Shown: positions 55,039 to 64,000 of the stretch, one piece after another
Layout: each line of letters begins with the position of its first letter
Position numbering within the stretch: position 1 is the first letter of the stretch
Virus record (IMG/VR): IMGVR_UViG_3300010158_000028
Span: 64,001-128,000 of that record
Length of the DNA: 64,000 bases
Direction: 5' to 3' (one strand)
Source of the DNA: a virus
Position numbers and translations under genes: made by a program
Notes under the pieces: generated by a model
Told to the model about the DNA's origin: nothing
The model's input: the letters and a program-made list of their open reading frames with translations, nothing else
Databases searched by the model: none

Positions 55039-57300
55039 TTAGAATGATCCACCACTGACAGTTCTCAATCTACCAAAATATGGTACGCCAGTTGCATCAA
55101 CTTGTAATAAGTCACCATCAGTTGATGATGTTACTGCACTTAACGCACCAGTTGAAGATGATGTATCAGAAACAATAACACCTTTGATTGCAAATGATGA
55201 ATTACCAGTACCACCTCTAACAACACCTAGTGTACCAGAAATAAGTCTTGATGTATCTATTGCAATTTGTGTGTTACTTACACTCGAAACACGACCAAAA
55301 GCATCAGTGGTTACTACAGGTATATATGATGCAGAGCCATATGTTCCTGCACTACCAGTATTTGCTAGTGATATTAATTTACCCGTACCATTACCAACAA
55401 GTATTTGTCCTGCACTAAACGTATTAGCGCCAGTACCGCCTTCGGTTACTGCAATCGCAGCAGCAAGACCTGAAATTATACCACCAGTTAAGTTTGCACT
55501 GATTGTTGCAATTCTACTATTAGCAACATCAATTACGTTTGTATATGGATCTGGTACATAACTATCAAACAAGTAGTATTTGCTATCTGCAGCATGTCTG
55601 ACAAAACCAGTATGAAGATTTGCACTACCTGATTTATAGTGACCAACAAAACCAATATCAACCGAATCACTTACATCATTGTTTGCAGCAAGGAAAATCA
55701 TTGAATCGGTAATATTTAAGTTGGTTACATTAGATGTAAATGTATTACCACTTAATATCAAGTTACCAGTAACTGTTACATCACCAGAAATGGTACCACC
55801 AGAAGAATTGAACTTTGTATTTGCAACAGCAAAAGCAGCATTAGCATAAACACCAGCACTGTTGGCAGATTGAAATGCACCATTTGCATAACTAGATGAA
55901 CTATTTGCAATTCCGTATGATGATAATGCATTTACGGCGGCAGTATTTGCTTTTGTGTATGCACTGTTTGCATAATCACCGGCACTTACTGCTTTTTGAT
56001 CGGCAGTATTGGCAGCAACAAATGCACCGTTAGCATATGAAGATGCACTATTAGCACTAACAAAAGATGAATTGGCATATGAACCAGCACTTACTGCTTT
56101 TTGATCTGCTGTGTTAGCGGCAACAAAAGCACCGTTAGCATAACTTGATGCACTGTTAGCAGTAATAAACGCACCATTAGCATAACTTGATGCACTGTTG
56201 GCAGTTGTTCTTGCCGTATTGTCAATACCATAACCTTGGAAAGCAGTTAATTGAATTGTTGAATCTGGGAATACAATGTTTCCACTGTTAGCAGAATCAA
56301 ATCTCCATGTTCTAAATGTTGAGTTATCGGTACTTACAGATAAATTAACATAACCTTCGTAATTAGCTGCAAGAGTTGGACCAAAACCAGTAGGTAATGT
56401 TAATCTATTTCCACTATAACTACCGCCAGCAATTGCGTGGCCATTAACATCTAAATCACCACCTAACTTTGGAACTGAATCTCCTTCAACCGATGAGAGT
56501 TTTCCTGATGCTGTTGACTGTGCAGTATTTGCGGCAGAAAAAGCAGCATTAGCATAAACACTAGCACTGTTGGCAGATTGAAATGCACTATTAGCATATG
56601 AACTTGCGCTGTTAGCAAAACTTCTTGCAGAACTATCTACAGAACCCGCAGAAGCACTGTTAGCTAAAGCATACGCTGCATTAGCATGGAGATATGCACT
56701 GTTGGCATATGCACCAGAAGTTATTGCTTTTTGATCTGCAGTATTGGCAGCAACAAATGCACCATTAGCATAACTACTGGCACTATTGGCAGTATCTCTA
56801 GCATATGCATCGTTTGGTGTAAATGCAGTATTTCCAGCGGCAGTAATACGACCTTTGGCATCAACAACAAATGTTGCTACATTAGTTGAACCACCGTATG
56901 AACCTGCGGTAACACCAGTAGATGCTAATGTTATCGGAATTGCTTTGTCTGCAGAACCATTAACTGAAACATTACCAGTTGCATCACCGGTTAAACCAAT
57001 GTTTCTTGCATTTTGCCAAGTTGTTGCGGTTGTGGCATTACCATTCAATGTTGCAGTAATTATACCTGCACTAAAATCGCCATTAGTATCTCTTTTTACT
57101 AATTTTGATGCGGTATTTGCATCAGTTGCAGCATCAATAATATCTGTATAATACTTACCACCAACAGCAATTACTTGATTTCCAGCTAAACCAAGAAATA
57201 ATTTATTAGATGTATTTGAATAAGCAGGCTCAGCAACATTTAACGAAGCCGGTAAAGCTGTGCTTTCTGAAAATTTTAGTTGAATTACGGTATCTGACAT
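55039..57300 (-). CDS. Fibre-like structural protein with YAN repeats
   Basis: VTAGSYG...VDAKGRITAA and VTTDAFGRVS modules; YAN repeats. Confidence 0.75.
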   Translation of the reverse strand: MSDTVIQLKFSESTALPASLNVAEPAYSNTSNKLFLGLAGNQVIAVGGKYYTDIIDAATDANTASKLVKRDTNGDFSAGIITATLNGNATTATTWQNARNIGLTGDATGNVSVNGSADKAIPITLASTGVTAGSYGGSTNVATFVVDAKGRITAAGNTAFTPNDAYARDTANSASSYANGAFVAANTADQKAITSGAYANSAYLHANAAYALANSASAGSVDSSARSFANSASSYANSAFQSANSASVYANAAFSAANTAQSTASGKLSSVEGDSVPKLGGDLDVNGHAIAGGSYSGNRLTLPTGFGPTLAANYEGYVNLSVSTDNSTFRTWRFDSANSGNIVFPDSTIQLTAFQGYGIDNTARTTANSASSYANGAFITANSASSYANGAFVAANTADQKAVSAGSYANSSFVSANSASSYANGAFVAANTADQKAVSAGDYANSAYTKANTAAVNALSSYGIANSSSSYANGAFQSANSAGVYANAAFAVANTKFNSSGGTISGDVTVTGNLILSGNTFTSNVTNLNITDSMIFLAANNDVSDSVDIGFVGHYKSGSANLHTGFVRHAADSKYYLFDSYVPDPYTNVIDVANSRIATISANLTGGIISGLAAAIAVTEGGTGANTFSAGQILVGNGTGKLISLANTGSAGTYGSASYIPVVTTDAFGRVSSVSNTQIAIDTSRLISGTLGVVRGGTGNSSFAIKGVIVSDTSSSTGALSAVTSSTDGDLLQVDATGVPYFGRLRTVSGGSF

Positions 57301-57342
57301 ATTGTCCTCGTTTTTATTATTGTTGTTGCCGGAATCTCTATC

Positions 57343-57350
57343 TATTTATA
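57343..57350 (-). promoter_or_regulatory. Late promoter TATAAATA
   Basis: Exact consensus upstream of 57300. Confidence 0.8.
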
Positions 57351-57361
57351 AAAATCAAATA

Positions 57362-57814
57362 TTAAAAATTACCGCCTGTAATATTTTTGATATTTTGAAA
57401 TACTGTATTTGCTAATGCATAAGAACTATTGGCATAAGAACCTGCAGTAATTGATATCTGATATGAATTATTTGCCAAAATATATGCATTATCCGCTAAA
57501 GTGTATGCGGTATTTGCTCGAGCAAATGCGGAATTTGCGTTTAAAAATGCGGAATTTGCATATGATTCTGTTGCAACACCAGCAGCACCAGTAATAGATC
57601 CAATAGCAGTTGCTTTAAAACTTTGATTTACTGAGTCATATGTAATAGTGTCACCATCATGTATACCAGTAAGATTAAAACCTGTAATATCATTTATGGT
57701 AACAGTCTGTCTTGATCTAAAATTAGGATCAGCAATGAATGTTCTATTTGGAGATGTAATTGTTACTTTATTAACACCGCCAGTATTTTGAAACAATTTA
57801 GCATTTATGGCCAT
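57362..57814 (-). CDS. Small structural protein with YAN repeats
   Basis: C-terminal YANSA-type repeats; ends GGNF. Confidence 0.65.
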   Translation of the reverse strand: MAINAKLFQNTGGVNKVTITSPNRTFIADPNFRSRQTVTINDITGFNLTGIHDGDTITYDSVNQSFKATAIGSITGAAGVATESYANSAFLNANSAFARANTAYTLADNAYILANNSYQISITAGSYANSSYALANTVFQNIKNITGGNF

Positions 57815-57816
57815 AA

Positions 57817-58149
57817 TTACCTCGTTACTGATGGCAAGACGGTTGCAATTCCTTCAATAACTCTAGATACAATATTATTAGCTGAAGTTATTTTTAAATC
57901 ATAAACATATCTACCTGCACTTAAGTTTGCAGTGTTTGCCGCAGTAATAGAAAGTGTTATCTCACCGTTTGCGGTACCTGTGATTGTAGAATTAATAGTA
58001 TATGCAGTAGATGAGTAATAAGATTTACGCATCTGTGAATTGGCTGTATATGCATAAAGATTGATGGCATTTCCACCATCATCTCCAACATTAACAGTGG
58101 TGTTAAATGTTGCACCTTGTTCTATTGTAAGTTCTGAAAAAGCAGCCAA
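57817..58149 (-). CDS. Ig-like/BppU-like small virion protein
   Basis: TTG start with AAGGA SD; IEQGATF, QMRKSYYS, GRYVYDL, RVIEG. Confidence 0.7.
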   Translation of the reverse strand: MAAFSELTIEQGATFNTTVNVGDDGGNAINLYAYTANSQMRKSYYSSTAYTINSTITGTANGEITLSITAANTANLSAGRYVYDLKITSANNIVSRVIEGIATVLPSVTR

Positions 58150-58161
58150 AATTATTTCCTT

Positions 58162-61100
58162 TTACTTATTTATCTGTGCTTCTAATTCTTTAACTTTATC
58201 TGATAATTCTTTTATTGCTTCAATTAATAATGGAACAATCTTTTCATACTGAACAGTTTTATAGTTCTCACCAGATATACTGTTGCCTTCTTTATCAGTA
58301 TCAAATGGTGCAGGAACAACAACTTGTGGCAATACTTTTTCTAAATCTTGTGCAATAACACCAACTTTTATTTTATCATCATAACCGTAAGATGCCGCAA
58401 TATCATTTCCCTGATATGTTACACCTTTTATTTGATGAACTTTTGATAGTGCATCTGAGATTGGTGTAATATTTTTCTTCAATCTTTCATCAGAATAGTA
58501 TGCGGTAATATCAGCAGTAGAAGTGATTGCACCATATGCCGCAAATGCACCAACTCGCATAGCAGTATATGCGCCACTGCCCGCTGACCAACCAGCTGTG
58601 CTAAACACATTATCGGTATCTAAACCAAAATGAGCACCATATGCTCCCACTCTATGAAAATTAATGAAAGCTGCTCCACTAGCATTATTATTAACTTCAA
58701 TTTGTCCTGATTCAGCAGTGGTAAAAGCAGCACCGGTTTTTGAAACTGTTATTTGTCCACTAAATGTGCATCCTGCTAACGGTGCATATGAACTTATACT
58801 TGCATTATTAAATGGTGTATATCCTAATGCAGTTGTAACATTACCACTTGTTATACCTGTAATGTAACCAGCGCCATTTGTTAATTGATTTGTATTAGTT
58901 ACATTAGTTGCACCTGCAGCGATACCATCTAATTTACTTGCATAGGTACTTGTCATATAACCATTAACTGCAGAAGTTGCAGCTGCCATCGCTAAAGTAA
59001 ATGATGAAGCAGTACCACCACCAGTTAAAGGTGCAGTTGTTGTGATTGCAACAGATGATATAAATCCGTTACCATTACTAATTTGATTATTATTAGTTAC
59101 ATTAGTTGCACCTGCCGCAATACCATCTAATTTGCTGGCATAGGTACTTGTCATGTAACCATTAACTGAAGCAGTTGCAGCAGGCATCGCTAATGTAAAT
59201 GATCTACCAGTAGTACCACCAGTTATTGGTGCGGTTGTTGCAATTGTTACACTATTAATAGCACTTGAATCAATACCATCTAATTTGCTGGCATAGGTAC
59301 TTGTCATGTAACCATTAACTGCAGAAGTTGCAGCTGCCATTGAAATTGCTGGTGTTAGACCACCAGATGATACAACAGGTGCAGTTCCTGTTACTGAAGT
59401 AAGATATAATGATGCCGCAGTATTTGCTTTTGCATATGCACTGTTAGCATATGAACCAGAAGTTACTGCTCTTTGATCGGCAGTTGCGGCATTTGTTGTT
59501 GCAGTATTGGCTTGAAGATAAGCACTGTTAGCATATGAACCAGAAGTTACTGCTCTTTGATCGGCAGTTGCGGCATTTGTTGTTGCAGTATTGGCTTGAT
59601 TATAAGAACTATTTGCTTGAAGATAAGCACTGTTAGAATATGATTCAGCGGCTGCAGAACCCATATTACTATAGATAGTACCATCATTAGTAAATGTCCA
59701 TTTATCTGTTGTTTCATTCCAAATAACTGCAGCATTATCTAATGTACCACGTTCAACTTCAATACCAGCATTTTCAGTTGGTGCAGATGCTTGTGGTAAA
59801 TCTGCATTTAATGTGATGATGGCATCACCAACTCTTAACTCTGTAGTATTTACATATGTTGTTAAACCAGAAACAGTTAAATTACCAGTAACCACAACAT
59901 CACCAGAAACAGTACCACCTGATGATGAGTATCTAGTATTTGCAAATGCATAAGCAGAATTTGCATAATTGCCTGTAGAGTTTTGACTTAGATATGCTGC
60001 ATTGGCATGTAAGTATGCACTATTGGCATATTGACCTGTAGAGTTTTGACTTACATATGCACTGTTAGCATGTAAGTGAGCAGTATTAGCATATACGCCA
60101 GTTGTATTTTGACTTGTATATGCAGCATTGGCATGAATATAAACACTGTTTGCTTGTATGTGTGCCGCATTGGCATGCATGTAAGAATTATTAGCGTGTA
60201 TATATGCATTGTTAGCATAATTGCCTGTAGAGTTTTGACTTAAATATGCACTATTAGCATGTAAGTAAGAACTATTGGCATGTCTATATGCAGCATTGGC
60301 ATAACCACCAGCAAATGTAGCCGTGTCGTATGCAGTTTTAACTGCTAAAGAAGATGCAATATTACTACTAATAGTTGATGTAATACTATCACTGATTAAA
60401 TTAGCAGTTAATATTTTTGAGAACATTGTTGTCGGCACTGGATTAAAGATATCTCTAATCTGCCAAGTATTGGATGTTCCTTCAAATCTGATATAAGCAT
60501 TAGCATCAGGTGCAGTAGCACTACCATTACTTCCTAATGTAATGTTTGATGTATTACCTCTCCATACACCAAAATAACCAGCACCAACAGTTGTAATTGG
60601 AGTATTTGCACTGATAACAAAAGTATCAGTATCAAAAACTACAGCACCAGCTAATTGGAATTGTCCATCCACTGTTAATGTATTACCTACATACATGTTA
60701 CTGGCAACATCAGCATTCTGTGCAGTTAAAGAACCAACAATATCTGCACGACCAGTTGCTCTCAGTGAATTAGTGTGAACTAGTCCAGTTGTATTAAAAT
60801 TACCAGAGGTTGTATTTGTTGTAACTGCAACATTAGCTAAGAAATTAGCTTGTTGAGCAACAGTCAATGTGCTATCTAAATTAGCAAAAGATGTAACTCT
60901 TAAGGTACTATCTAAATTAGCAGCCCCAGTAACTTTTAATGTGCTATCTAAATTAGATGCATCGGTTACTCTCAAGGTACTATCTAAATTGGCACCACCA
61001 ATTACTTTTAAGGTACTATCTAAATTAGCAGCACCAGTAACTCTCAAGGTACTATCTAAATTAGCAGCGCCTGTTGTCCTTAACGTGCTTCCTAAATTAG

Positions 61101-62496
61101 CAATACCAGTTGTTCTTATTGTACCCACATGAACTAAACCTGTCGTTACTACATTACCTGTAGTAGTATTTGCAGTTACATTAACATTAGAACCAAAATC
61201 TGCTTGACCAGTTGTTCTTAAAGTACCACTCTGAGTTAAACCTGTCGTTACTAAATTACCAGAAGTTGTATTTCCAACAACATCTACTGTAGTTGCAAAA
61301 TCAGCACGACCAGTTGACCGTAAAGTGCCTGTATGCGTAAGACCTGTTGTTACTAAATTACCTGCAGTTGTGTTTGCAGTAATGTTAATATTGGAACCAA
61401 AATCTGCTTGACCCGTGGAACGTAAAGTGCCTGTATGTGTAAGACCTGTTGTTACTAAATTACCAGAAGTTGTATTGCCAACTGTGTCTACTGTAGTTGC
61501 AAAATCAGCACGACCGGTACTTCTTAGTGTTCCAGTATGTGTTAATCCAGTAGTATTTAAATTACCTGATGTTGTATTTGCAACAACATTCAATGTGCTG
61601 TCAAGATTTGCTGTTCCAGTTACTCTCAAGGTACTATCTAAGTTAGCACCACCAGTTACTTTTAATGTGCTTTCAAGATTTGATGCACCAGTTACTCTTA
61701 GTGTGCTTGTTAGATTAGAACCACCAGTTACTCTAAGTGTACCATCAACATTAGCAGCAGTAGTTACTCTTAGATTGCCTGTTTGTGTTGTATTTGCAGT
61801 TACAGTATTACCTGTATTTAAGTTACCAAATACTGTACCATCTGTTCTAACATTTAATGTAAGTGTATTAGCAACAGCACTTAAATTTAAACTTGTACCA
61901 TAGATATTTGACGAGTGTGTTGTAACACCAACAACATCTAAAGTATCATAGATTGTTGATCTTGTTGATTTTGAATTTGTTGTTACCATATCGGTCAAGT
62001 ATGCAGTATTAATACTTGCAGAACCTACATTGACAAATACTACATTACCTGTACCGGTCATACTTAGTTTGTTTACAATAGATGCATTTTTACCTATTGC
62101 AATATCATTATTCGTTGAAATATTACTTGTTGTAATATTATTAGTTACTTGTAGATTTGAATTAATTATTGCATTATTGGCAACGTAGAGTGCAGTTCCT
62201 TTACCATATATGTAAGTATTTGCACCAACAGTTAAATTACCAGTCTGTGATGATTGAGAACCAAGTGTTATACTTTTACCAACTTCAAGATCGGTTGAAA
62301 ACAAGACTCCATTAGCAACTTGTAATGCAACGCCAGTTGCAGTAATTACTTGTTTAGAATTCCCTGTAAAAGCAAAGGTACCATTTGACTTTGTATAGTT
62401 TCCAGTCTCTAATGTGTTTAAAGCATTGGCAGACTGATTGGTTTGAATTCGCCATTCATCTATCGTATTATTTTTGGTGATATTAGTTATTGCCAT
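58162..62496 (-). CDS. Long tail fibre-like protein with several repeat modules and an S74-type chaperone
   Basis: 12-aa GAANLDSTLRVT repeats, YAN repeats, ASKLDGI repeats, YYSDERLK...GVIAQD...VQYEKIVPLLIEAIKEL. Confidence 0.88.
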   Translation of the reverse strand: MAITNITKNNTIDEWRIQTNQSANALNTLETGNYTKSNGTFAFTGNSKQVITATGVALQVANGVLFSTDLEVGKSITLGSQSSQTGNLTVGANTYIYGKGTALYVANNAIINSNLQVTNNITTSNISTNNDIAIGKNASIVNKLSMTGTGNVVFVNVGSASINTAYLTDMVTTNSKSTRSTIYDTLDVVGVTTHSSNIYGTSLNLSAVANTLTLNVRTDGTVFGNLNTGNTVTANTTQTGNLRVTTAANVDGTLRVTGGSNLTSTLRVTGASNLESTLKVTGGANLDSTLRVTGTANLDSTLNVVANTTSGNLNTTGLTHTGTLRSTGRADFATTVDTVGNTTSGNLVTTGLTHTGTLRSTGQADFGSNINITANTTAGNLVTTGLTHTGTLRSTGRADFATTVDVVGNTTSGNLVTTGLTQSGTLRTTGQADFGSNVNVTANTTTGNVVTTGLVHVGTIRTTGIANLGSTLRTTGAANLDSTLRVTGAANLDSTLKVIGGANLDSTLRVTDASNLDSTLKVTGAANLDSTLRVTSFANLDSTLTVAQQANFLANVAVTTNTTSGNFNTTGLVHTNSLRATGRADIVGSLTAQNADVASNMYVGNTLTVDGQFQLAGAVVFDTDTFVISANTPITTVGAGYFGVWRGNTSNITLGSNGSATAPDANAYIRFEGTSNTWQIRDIFNPVPTTMFSKILTANLISDSITSTISSNIASSLAVKTAYDTATFAGGYANAAYRHANSSYLHANSAYLSQNSTGNYANNAYIHANNSYMHANAAHIQANSVYIHANAAYTSQNTTGVYANTAHLHANSAYVSQNSTGQYANSAYLHANAAYLSQNSTGNYANSAYAFANTRYSSSGGTVSGDVVVTGNLTVSGLTTYVNTTELRVGDAIITLNADLPQASAPTENAGIEVERGTLDNAAVIWNETTDKWTFTNDGTIYSNMGSAAAESYSNSAYLQANSSYNQANTATTNAATADQRAVTSGSYANSAYLQANTATTNAATADQRAVTSGSYANSAYAKANTAASLYLTSVTGTAPVVSSGGLTPAISMAAATSAVNGYMTSTYASKLDGIDSSAINSVTIATTAPITGGTTGRSFTLAMPAATASVNGYMTSTYASKLDGIAAGATNVTNNNQISNGNGFISSVAITTTAPLTGGGTASSFTLAMAAATSAVNGYMTSTYASKLDGIAAGATNVTNTNQLTNGAGYITGITSGNVTTALGYTPFNNASISSYAPLAGCTFSGQITVSKTGAAFTTAESGQIEVNNNASGAAFINFHRVGAYGAHFGLDTDNVFSTAGWSAGSGAYTAMRVGAFAAYGAITSTADITAYYSDERLKKNITPISDALSKVHQIKGVTYQGNDIAASYGYDDKIKVGVIAQDLEKVLPQVVVPAPFDTDKEGNSISGENYKTVQYEKIVPLLIEAIKELSDKVKELEAQINK
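58920..59340. repeat. Three copies of an AAT(S/A)(A/S)VNGYMTSTYASKLDGI module
   Basis: Near-identical DNA copies (gcataggtacttgtcat...ccattaactg). Confidence 0.8.
59438..59599. repeat. Tandem duplication with an 84-bp period
   Basis: 78 identical nt starting at 59438 and 59522. Confidence 0.85.
60865..61760. repeat. Repeats with a 36-bp (12-aa) period and longer beta-type repeats in the long fibre
   Basis: Repeated GAANLDSTL(R/K)VT and TTSGNLVTTGLTHTGTLRSTG units. Confidence 0.8.
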
Positions 62497-62499
62497 TTA

Positions 62500-62730
62500 T
62501 TATCTACTTTTTTCTAATAGTTGATTTAACAACGACTTGACTTCTTTCATATCGGATGACATTTCTTCAACTTGATTCTTTAATCTATTTATTTCATTAT
62601 TTTTGTCAGTTATACTTTTACTCATTCTTTTTCGTTCTTCATTTTCTTTTAATAAAGACTTATTAGTTGCCAATAATGCACGACTATTAGTATCTTTAGA
62701 ATAAGGTGTTCCTTCAACTTTTAATAACAT
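62500..62730 (-). CDS. Small coiled-coil protein
   Basis: KVEG...KDTNSRALL...EINRLK..V..M..DM.EVK.LL.QL. Confidence 0.75.
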   Translation of the reverse strand: MLLKVEGTPYSKDTNSRALLATNKSLLKENEERKRMSKSITDKNNEINRLKNQVEEMSSDMKEVKSLLNQLLEKSR

Positions 62731-62732
62731 AA

Positions 62733-64000
62733 TTATTCCGCAGGTAATGCAATCACACGTAAATCTTTAACCTTCGGTACAATCGTAGGATCACTTGAAC
62801 GTAATACAATTTTAATTGATAAAGTTACAAATGTATCATATGTTACACCATTGGTTGAAGTATATGTAATGAAATTACTTGTTGCCGATGGACGATATTC
62901 ATAATCAATAAAACTATATGGTGTTAATGATGGGGCTACTGTAGGATTAATATTTACTAATTTTTGATATCTTCTATCCTTAAATGCAGTGCCGTCAGAA
63001 CCAGATAGTATCTTACAGAATACATCAACTGAAGTACCAACTGGTTTATTTGCGGTTAAGAATACTCTTAAATCTCCAGCATCAAAGCCATCTGCCAATT
63101 GAATCTGTCTTGTAATATATCGTGCGAGACATGGACCACCACTTGAATCATATTCAGTATTTAATACAACACTTCCACCAGAACCAGATGCAACAACTGA
63201 TGGATAATTTGTATTTGCACCAATAGTTATAGTATAGTCATCAATGTAACCAGCACCAGGAACAGAAACATACACACTAAGAATATTGCCACTTGCATCA
63301 CATGAAAGATTACCACTGAAACCTGTACCAGTAGAACTGCTAACAACAATAACATTAGAATTTCCATAACCAGTTCCCGAAGCAACAATTGTAAAATCTT
63401 CTGAATTTATTTCTGCATCATCAACATAATTTTCCCATATATTTAGAAATGCTTTTTCTATAGATACTACAGGAGAAACAGCATCATTTGTTGTTGACAT
63501 ATCTACTTTAACAGTAAAGTCACCTTTATATCCTAATGTTTTTCTTCTATAACCAACTGCATACAAGTCATCATTTTCAAATGATATTGTTGTTCCCGGT
63601 ACAATTGCACGATAATTTGATTCCATTGAACCACTAATTGTATTTGCTTTCAATGAATAATTAACTGAAGTACCTGTTGGAACAATAGATGTTTCTAATA
63701 ATCTAAATTTATCTACGCTGTAAATCACATCTTGTTCATCACTTTGTAATGCTATTGATGCTGGTGTTGTTGAGAACGAACACCGATGTAATCTAAACAT
63801 CAAATCTTCATTGATATAAGGTATATATTCCATAGAATTCTGTGAACGATACAATGTTCCAACATATGGATTAACACCAATATACTGATTACTTGTTGAT
63901 ACTTGACCTTTTTCTGCTTCCCATAAAATGTAATCTGGTGAATCAGTTAATACAACAACTGCATATAAACCAGGTTTCAAGAATATAGGAGTATAAAACT
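62733..64000 (-). CDS. C-terminal part of a large virion structural protein (VrlC/DUF4815-like), truncated by the window
   Basis: PYVGTLYRSQN...EDLMFRL.RC.F, ARYITRQ..L, IKIVL.S.....VP.VKDLRVIAL; frame open to the window end. Confidence 0.75.
   Translation of the reverse strand, partial: FYTPIFLKPGLYAVVVLTDSPDYILWEAEKGQVSTSNQYIGVNPYVGTLYRSQNSMEYIPYINEDLMFRLHRCSFSTTPASIALQSDEQDVIYSVDKFRLLETSIVPTGTSVNYSLKANTISGSMESNYRAIVPGTTISFENDDLYAVGYRRKTLGYKGDFTVKVDMSTTNDAVSPVVSIEKAFLNIWENYVDDAEINSEDFTIVASGTGYGNSNVIVVSSSTGTGFSGNLSCDASGNILSVYVSVPGAGYIDDYTITIGANTNYPSVVASGSGGSVVLNTEYDSSGGPCLARYITRQIQLADGFDAGDLRVFLTANKPVGTSVDVFCKILSGSDGTAFKDRRYQKLVNINPTVAPSLTPYSFIDYEYRPSATSNFITYTSTNGVTYDTFVTLSIKIVLRSSDPTIVPKVKDLRVIALPAE

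Noticed and set aside
186-61903. Many short plus-strand and alternate-frame ORFs in the ORF track (for example 7103-7444, 22256-22684, 27133-27540, 61415-61903)
   Set aside because: They are shadows of well-supported minus-strand genes and lack SD sequences or recognisable motifs
44291-62496. Diversity-generating retroelement or CRISPR-like array among the fibre repeats
   Set aside because: The repeats are in-frame coding units with no spacers or adenine-specific variation, and there is no reverse transcriptase or cas gene in the window
1-64000. tRNA/rRNA genes and stop-codon reassignment
   Set aside because: No cloverleaf was found in the short intergenic gaps; core genes translate full-length in the standard code and TAA, TAG and TGA all serve as stops

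Overview
A 64-kb segment of a large, AT-rich T4-like myophage genome. Nearly every gene is on the minus strand; the exception is one GIY-YIG-type endonuclease. Read in transcription direction (right to left), it contains: (1) virion and fibre genes, including a truncated large structural protein, two fibres with S74-type chaperone ends, a family of Ala/Asn/Ser 'YAN' repeat proteins and glycine-rich proteins; (2) the neck-terminase-tail-head block gp13-gp14-gp15-gp16-(dps)-gp17-gp18-gp19-gp20-gp67-...-gp21-gp22-gp23-gp3; (3) uvsY, a uvsW helicase gene split in two by a MobE-like HNH gene, gp55, gp47, gp46 and a peptide deformylase; (4) a candidate DNA-modification cluster, a CobT/CobS-like vWA/AAA pair, gp45/44/62/regA, a small heat-shock gene with a ROSE-like thermometer, gp43, uvsX and gp41; (5) a late-promoter operon with a nuclease-like gene and a ligase-motif protein that carries a capsid-targeting-like N-terminus. 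Sigma70 promoters, T4 late promoters (TATAAATA), IHF-consensus sites and several structured RNA leaders are visible. The strongest leads are the split uvsW with its junction remnant, the putative packaged ligase-like protein, and an H-type pseudoknot leader. All family assignments come from recalled motifs and synteny; no searches were run. No tRNA, rRNA or CRISPR array was seen.
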